The translations under genes were made by a program, and so were the position numbers. A stretch of 32,000 bases of DNA from Candidatus Pelagibacter sp. HTCC7211. Its GTDB lineage: Bacteria; Pseudomonadota; Alphaproteobacteria; Pelagibacterales; Pelagibacteraceae. A model generated the notes under the pieces. It was not told the DNA's origin and ran no database searches. It saw only the letters and a program-made list of their open reading frames with translations. The stretch is from the NCBI RefSeq assembly GCF_000155895.1, contig NZ_DS995298.1, positions 420,001 to 452,000 of the forward strand, given 5' to 3'. This document shows, piece by piece, positions 26,812-32,000 of the stretch (position 1 is its first letter; the number at the start of each line of letters is the position of its first letter).

Positions 26812-28086
26812 ATGAATAATTTTTTAGATAAAATTTTTTTAAGATATCAAAATCTTGATTACATTAGTAAAAATCTCAAAGATATAACCACCAATACATC
26901 TGCAAATAAAATTTTTGATGCAATTAATAGTTACTCAGAAAATAGTGAAGTGAGATATGTAGGAGGGTGCGTAAGAAAAATTATAAAAAAAGAAGCCATT
27001 GACGATATTGACCTTGCCACAAATTTAAAACCAAATGAAGTTTGTGAAGCCTTAAAAAAAAATAAAATTGATTACTATGAAACTGGAATTGAACATGGAA
27101 CAATTACAGCATTAATTGATAAACAAAAATATGAAATTACATCTTTAAGAAAAGATATCCTTACAGATGGAAGACATGCCAAGATAGAATTTTCATCAGA
27201 TTGGAAAGAGGATGCAGAAAGAAGAGACTTCTCAATTAATTCAATTTATTCTGATAAAAATGGCAACTTATTTGATCCTAACAATGGAAAGAAAGATTTA
27301 GAGGAAGGCTTAATAAACTTCATAGGTGATACAGAAAATAGAATAAAAGAGGATTACTTAAGAATTCTAAGATATGTACGTTTTTTTATAAATTATTCAA
27401 ATCACAAACATAGACCAGAAATAATTAAAATAATAAAAAGAAATATCGATGGAATATCAAAATTATCTAGTGAAAGATTGTTAGATGAATTTAAAAAAAT
27501 AACTAATTCGAAGAATTTTTTAAAATTATTTGAAGACGATCTAAGCTTAGAGCTTCTATATCTTATATTTCCTCAATTTAAAAATTTAGAAAATTTTAAA
27601 AAACTAAACTCATATGCAAAAAATAATATATTTAATATCGATTTTATTTTTTTATTATCTCTCATGGTAATTGATGGAACTGATAATACTGAATATTTTT
27701 TATATAAGTTTAATATTTCTAAAATAGATCAGAAAAGGCTAAAAATGATTAATTCCTTTTATAACGAAGGAATAAATATAAAAAAATTTACAAAAAAAAA
27801 TCTTAATAAATATTTATATTATAATGGTAATGAAGCAGTAATCGATATTATAAATTTTAAGATTTTTAAATCTAACAAAGTTGAAAAAAAATTAATAAAT
27901 TTACTCGAATACTACAAAGATAAAGTAATTCCAATAATACCAATAACAGCAAAGACACTAATGAATGATTTTAATATTCCCGAAGGTAAAACTTTAGGAA
28001 ATAAATTTAAATCGATCGAAGAGATTTGGGTTAATAATGGTTTTAAAATTTCAGATAAACAAGTTCAAAAAGTTATTAAGAGTTAG
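26812..28086 (+). CDS. cca: tRNA nucleotidyltransferase (CCA-adding enzyme) / poly(A) polymerase family protein
   Basis: 424 aa with the class II nucleotidyltransferase head motifs [20 protein letters not shown] (GGxVRD...DxD) and ERRDFSINS (RRDFTIN). Confidence 0.85.
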   Translation: MNNFLDKIFLRYQNLDYISKNLKDITTNTSANKIFDAINSYSENSEVRYVGGCVRKIIKKEAIDDIDLATNLKPNEVCEALKKNKIDYYETGIEHGTITALIDKQKYEITSLRKDILTDGRHAKIEFSSDWKEDAERRDFSINSIYSDKNGNLFDPNNGKKDLEEGLINFIGDTENRIKEDYLRILRYVRFFINYSNHKHRPEIIKIIKRNIDGISKLSSERLLDEFKKITNSKNFLKLFEDDLSLELLYLIFPQFKNLENFKKLNSYAKNNIFNIDFIFLLSLMVIDGTDNTEYFLYKFNISKIDQKRLKMINSFYNEGINIKKFTKKNLNKYLYYNGNEAVIDIINFKIFKSNKVEKKLINLLEYYKDKVIPIIPITAKTLMNDFNIPEGKTLGNKFKSIEEIWVNNGFKISDKQVQKVIKS

Positions 28087-28559
28087 ATATATTGAACATC
28101 TTTGATCTCAAAGTTTTTAATTCCTGCTGGTGTAGTTATTTCAACTAAATCATTTTTGTTTTTTCCAATTAATCCTCTGCCTATTGGAGATTGAAAAAAA
28201 ATTAGTTTTTGTTTTAAATCAGCTTCGTCTTTTCCAACAATTTTATAACTGATCTTTTCTCCATTATCTAAATTTTCTAAAAATACCGTTGAGCCAAAAA
28301 TAACTTTTCCATCATTATTTAATTTAGTTACGTCAATAACATTTGCTCTAGCAATAATATCATCAATTTCAGTTATTCTACCTTCATTATGTGATTGTTC
28401 TTCTTTTGCCGCGTGGTATTCAGCATTTTCTTTTAGATCACCATGTGATCTAGCTTCAGCAATAGCAGCAACTATTTCAGGCCTTTTTTTTTCTTTTAAA
28501 AAAATTAATTCTTCTTTCAATTTATTCAAACCGTTCAGTGTTATTGGCTCTTTATCCAT
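28083..28559 (-). CDS. greA: Transcription elongation factor GreA
   Basis: 158 aa with an N-terminal coiled coil carrying acidic tip residues ([17 protein letters not shown]) and a C-terminal FKBP-like domain ([10 protein letters not shown]). Confidence 0.95.
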   Translation of the reverse strand: MDKEPITLNGLNKLKEELIFLKEKKRPEIVAAIAEARSHGDLKENAEYHAAKEEQSHNEGRITEIDDIIARANVIDVTKLNNDGKVIFGSTVFLENLDNGEKISYKIVGKDEADLKQKLIFFQSPIGRGLIGKNKNDLVEITTPAGIKNFEIKDVQYI

Positions 28560-28562
28560 TTT

Positions 28563-29390
28563 TTATTTCCATTTTACAATTGGTGGTAACGACATTAAAA
28601 TTCCTTCAACATTACCCCCAGTTTGTAGACCAAATTTTGTTCCTCTATCATACAATAAATTAAACTCTGCGTATCGTCCTCTTTTTACATATTGCATCTC
28701 TTTATCTTTAAAAGTCCATTTTTTTTTTATCTTTTTTTTAATAATCGAGTTAAATAACATTTGAAATGTAACACCAACATCTCTCACAAATTTAAAATCA
28801 TTTTCAAAATCATTCTTTTTATAATCAAAAAAGATACCACCAATTCCCCTTGCTTCTTTTCTATGTGGTAAGTAAAAATATTCATCACACCATTTTTTGT
28901 ATTTTTTATAATATTTTTTACTATGTCGATCGCACATTGTTTTTAAAGTTTTATGAAATTTACTTTTTTCCTGATTATCTTTGATTGCAGGAGTAACATC
29001 CATACCTCCACCAAACCAATTTTGTGTTGTACAAATATATCTAGTGTTAAAATGCATAGCTGGAATATGTGGATTTTGCATGTGCATCACTATTGAAATT
29101 CCTGAAGCCCAGAACCGAGGATCCTTACTAGCTCCTAGAATATTTTTTTGAAATTTTTTTGGAAATTTTCCATTAACTTTTGAAAAGTTAACACCAACTT
29201 TTTCAAAAATTTTACCATCTTTTAAAATTCTATATTCACCACCACCTTCATTTTTACTTTTACTTCTTTTCCATGTTGTTGATTGAAAATTGATTTTATT
29301 ATTTTCTAACTTTATGATGTCATCACATATTGCATTTTGAAGTAATTTAAACCAATTACTAGCTAGATCTTTTTTAATTTCGTTATCCAT
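28563..29390 (-). CDS. hemF: Oxygen-dependent coproporphyrinogen III oxidase
   Basis: 275 aa with HemF motifs WFGGGMDVTP, RGIGGIFFD and KRGRYAEFNLLYDRGTKFGLQTGG. Confidence 0.93.
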   Translation of the reverse strand: MDNEIKKDLASNWFKLLQNAICDDIIKLENNKINFQSTTWKRSKSKNEGGGEYRILKDGKIFEKVGVNFSKVNGKFPKKFQKNILGASKDPRFWASGISIVMHMQNPHIPAMHFNTRYICTTQNWFGGGMDVTPAIKDNQEKSKFHKTLKTMCDRHSKKYYKKYKKWCDEYFYLPHRKEARGIGGIFFDYKKNDFENDFKFVRDVGVTFQMLFNSIIKKKIKKKWTFKDKEMQYVKRGRYAEFNLLYDRGTKFGLQTGGNVEGILMSLPPIVKWK

Positions 29391-29391
29391 T

Positions 29392-29865
29392 TTATATCAA
29401 TTTAGTTTGTCTTAAACTTTCTGCCAAAATAATTGCTACCGAAGATGCAATATTAAGCGACCTGGTATCTTCACTCATTGGTATTTTGAGACGATCATTT
29501 ATTAATTGATGCACACTTTCAGGAACTCCAGAACTTTCTCTGCCAAATAAAATTGTATCATTTTTTTCAAATTTAAATTCTGTATAGGATACTGACGCTT
29601 TGGTTGTCATCAATACAATTCTTTGATTCTTTTTCGCTTTAAAGAATTTATCAGAGCTTTGATATATATTAATTTTGTCCCAATCCATATAATCCATCAC
29701 TACTCTTTTGAAGCGTTTATCACTCAAATGAAAACCACAAGGTTCTATTATTTCAAGTTTGGCCCCTAAACAAGCACAAGTTCTAATTATTGCAGCTGTA
29801 TTTTGAGGAATATCAGGCTCATATAATGCGATTTTAGGTCTTAGAATTGATGGATTCTGTGTCAT
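29392..29865 (-). CDS. trmL: SpoU/TrmH-family tRNA 2'-O-methyltransferase (TrmL/YibK-like)
   Basis: 157 aa. IALYEPDIPQNTAAIIRTCACLGAKLEIIEP resembles the TrmL N-terminus, and the C-terminal SPOUT knot motif LNIASSVAI is present. Confidence 0.82.
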   Translation of the reverse strand: MTQNPSILRPKIALYEPDIPQNTAAIIRTCACLGAKLEIIEPCGFHLSDKRFKRVVMDYMDWDKINIYQSSDKFFKAKKNQRIVLMTTKASVSYTEFKFEKNDTILFGRESSGVPESVHQLINDRLKIPMSEDTRSLNIASSVAIILAESLRQTKLI

Positions 29866-29957
29866 TCTTTCAGTAGTAAAATTATTATTTTATATTATAT
29901 GAATTCGTATATTAAGTATTTTAAATCAATAACGGGCAATATTAATTATTATAATCA

Positions 29958-30467
29958 ATGTCAGACAAAAAAACAGAAAGACGAGACTTTTTATTTACAG
30001 CCTCATATGCTGTTGGTGCTGTAGGTGCTGCCGCAGTTGTTTGGCCACTTATAGACCAGATGAATCCAGATGCATCTGTTAAAGCATTAGCTAGCACAGA
30101 AGTAGATATTAGCTCAGTTAAGCGAGGAAATACAATTACAGTTCTATGGAGAGGTAAACCAGTTTTTATCAGAAGACGAACAGAAGAAGAAATTAAAGAA
30201 GCTAGATCTGTAAAGATGGAAGATTTAATACATCCTGAAAAAGATGAAGATAGAGCAAAAAATCCGGAGTGGCTTGTTATGCTTGGTGTTTGCACTCACT
30301 TAGGTTGCGTTCCATTAAATGATAAAGGTGATTATGATGGATGGTTTTGTCCTTGTCATGGTTCTCATTATGATACTTCTGGAAGAATTAGAAAAGGTCC
30401 TGCACCATTAAACATGGAAGTTCCAAAATATGAATTTGTTAACGCTAATACAATTAAAATTGGATAA
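29958..30467 (+). CDS. petA: Ubiquinol-cytochrome c reductase Rieske iron-sulfur subunit
   Basis: 169 aa with the twin-arginine motif ERRDFLF, a TM anchor, and the Rieske boxes CTHLGC and CPCHGS. Confidence 0.96.
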   Translation: MSDKKTERRDFLFTASYAVGAVGAAAVVWPLIDQMNPDASVKALASTEVDISSVKRGNTITVLWRGKPVFIRRRTEEEIKEARSVKMEDLIHPEKDEDRAKNPEWLVMLGVCTHLGCVPLNDKGDYDGWFCPCHGSHYDTSGRIRKGPAPLNMEVPKYEFVNANTIKIG

Positions 30468-30472
30468 TATTT

Positions 30473-31741
30473 ATGAGTGATCATGATTACACACCTTCAT
30501 CAAAAGTTGGAAAATGGTTTAACGATAGGTTACCGCTACTTACTCTTGCAAACCATTTAACAGATTATCCAACTCCAAAAAATTTAAATTATTGGTGGAC
30601 GTTCGGTGGAATTTTAACTTTTTGTTTAATTACTCAAATTGTAACTGGTTTAACTCTTGCAATGCACTACATTGCCCATGCTGATATGGCATTTGAAAGT
30701 GTTGAGCATATCATGAGAGATGTTAATTATGGTTGGTTAATAAGATACATTCATGCAAATGGTGCATCGATGTTTTTTCTTGCAGTTTACATTCATATTT
30801 TTAGATCTTTGTTTTATGGATCTTATAAATCACCAAGAGAAATAATCTGGATTATTGGTATTATAATTTATTTATTAATGATGGCTGCTGCTTTCATGGG
30901 CTATGTACTACCGTGGGGACAAATGAGTTTTTGGGGAGCAACAGTTATTACTAACTTGTTTAGTGCAATTCCATTAGTAGGTGAAGGAATTGTGACATGG
31001 CTTTGGGGTGGTTATTCAGTAGATAACCCGACTTTAACTAGATTTTTCACACTTCATTATCTAATACCTTTTTTAATTTTAGGACTTGTAGTTCTTCATA
31101 TTTGGGCATTACATGTTCCAGGTAATAATAATCCAGTTGGGATTGATATTAAGAAACCTTCGAAAGACACAGTCCCATTCCATCCATACATTGTTATCAA
31201 GGATGGTTTTGCATTATTAATGTTTATGATTGTGTTTGCATTTTTTGTTTTTTATTCACCTAATATTTTAGGGCATGCAGATAATTATATTGAAGCAAAT
31301 CCGATGGTCACACCAGCCCACATAGTTCCAGAGTGGTACCTGTTACCTTTTTATGCAATATTAAGATCTGTTCCTGATAAATTGCTTGGTGTTGTTGCTA
31401 TGCTATCAGCTATTTTGATATTAGCTGTACTTCCATGGTTAGATACGTCGAAAATAAGATCTGCTGTGTTTAGACCTTTATACAAACAATTTTATTGGAT
31501 ACTTGTGGCTGATGTATTGATCTTGGGCTACATGGGTGCAATGCCTGCAGAAGGGCTATATTTATTAATTGCAAGAGTAGCAACCGCATACTATTTCCTT
31601 CATTTTCTGGTGATCTTGCCAGTTCTTGGATTTAAAGAAAAAACTATTCCTGTTCCTTTAAGTATAACAGAGTCAGTGCTGGGTGGATCACCTAATTTGG
31701 CAACTGCAAGAAACAATCAAAGTTTTGATAAATCAAAGTGA
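30473..31741 (+). CDS. petB: Cytochrome b (bc1 complex)
   Basis: 422 aa with WWTFGG, the heme-ligand His contexts ([21 protein letters not shown]) and the PEWY motif ([14 protein letters not shown]). Confidence 0.97.
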   Translation: MSDHDYTPSSKVGKWFNDRLPLLTLANHLTDYPTPKNLNYWWTFGGILTFCLITQIVTGLTLAMHYIAHADMAFESVEHIMRDVNYGWLIRYIHANGASMFFLAVYIHIFRSLFYGSYKSPREIIWIIGIIIYLLMMAAAFMGYVLPWGQMSFWGATVITNLFSAIPLVGEGIVTWLWGGYSVDNPTLTRFFTLHYLIPFLILGLVVLHIWALHVPGNNNPVGIDIKKPSKDTVPFHPYIVIKDGFALLMFMIVFAFFVFYSPNILGHADNYIEANPMVTPAHIVPEWYLLPFYAILRSVPDKLLGVVAMLSAILILAVLPWLDTSKIRSAVFRPLYKQFYWILVADVLILGYMGAMPAEGLYLLIARVATAYYFLHFLVILPVLGFKEKTIPVPLSITESVLGGSPNLATARNNQSFDKSK

Positions 31742-32000
31742 AAAATTTAACAAAATTATTTTATATTTTAGGCTTTTTTTTTCTTACAACAGCTTATTCA
31801 TTCTCAGCTGAAAAAGTTGACTACTTAAAGACTGATTGGAGTTTTAAAGGTTTATTTGGAAAATTTGACAGAGGATCACTTCAAAGAGGATATCAAGTAT
31901 ATACTGAAGTTTGTGCTGCATGTCACTCAATGAAATATTTAAGCTATAGGAATTTAGGAGAAAAAGGTGGACCTGAATTTTCAGAGGCGGAGACAAAAGC
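31738..32000 (+). CDS. petC: Cytochrome c1 (bc1 complex), N-terminal fragment (3' end outside window)
   Basis: The GTG start overlaps the petB stop (GTGA). It has a signal peptide [24 protein letters not shown], then [18 protein letters not shown] carrying the heme c motif CAACH. The frame is open to the window edge. Confidence 0.9.
   Translation, partial: MKNLTKLFYILGFFFLTTAYSFSAEKVDYLKTDWSFKGLFGKFDRGSLQRGYQVYTEVCAACHSMKYLSYRNLGEKGGPEFSEAETK

Noticed and set aside
29897-29910. Imperfect palindrome ATATGAATTCGTAT (12/14) centred on GAATTC in the 92-bp divergent trmL/petA promoter region, considered as a possible regulator site.
   Set aside because: Short AT-rich near-palindromes are expected by chance at this composition. 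It matches no operator consensus I recognise (for example FNR/CRP TTGAT-N4-ATCAA), and it is not repeated elsewhere in the window.
29942-30295. 117-aa minus-strand ORF overlapping the petA start and N-terminal half.
   Set aside because: It is antisense to the Rieske protein gene, which has the RR motif and both Rieske boxes. Its Ala/Thr/Ser-rich translation mirrors the locally GC-richer petA codons. It would also swallow the divergent promoter region.

Overview
The window is visibly AT-rich (about 30% G+C by eye, not computed) and very compact. Coding density is above 95%, many start/stop codons overlap (ATGA, TAATG), and the largest non-coding gaps are about 92 bp. Gene content and order are alphaproteobacterial and look like a streamlined marine SAR11/'Candidatus Pelagibacter'-type genome; that assignment is inference, since no search was run. 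I found no mobile elements, CRISPR arrays, rRNA genes or riboswitch-sized leaders. The window is dominated by energy-conversion genes. (1) A complete aa3 cytochrome c oxidase and assembly cluster (coxB', coxA, ctaB, small ORF, ctaG, coxC, SURF1) is followed by thrC and a Prx5-type peroxiredoxin. (2) A 12.7-kb run of minus-strand genes reads DUF721, dsbA-like, smc, atpI-atpB-atpE-atpF2-atpF (F0 sector), crtI-crtB-crtY-blh (a retinal chromophore pathway), ispH, thrB, rnhA. (3) A housekeeping block holds mutY, an FAD monooxygenase, ccrM, rnhB, a UDG-like gene, a TPR protein, ispE, tRNA-Gln, cca, greA, hemF and trmL. (4) The cytochrome bc1 operon petA-petB-petC' runs off the right edge. The items most worth a second look are: the retinal-synthesis operon fused to ispH and sitting 39 bp downstream of the F0 operon with no visible terminator; an 857-aa SMC that appears to lack a hinge domain; a triple GANTC-containing 10-bp repeat directly upstream of ccrM; a UDG-superfamily protein missing most Fe-S ligands and its motif-B histidine; a tRNA-Gln gene ending 3 nt before the start codon of the CCA-adding enzyme; and two tightly wedged small membrane ORFs absent from the ORF track. 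I do not see a clearly new multi-gene system such as a defence island. The novelty here is in the details of a streamlined core genome.
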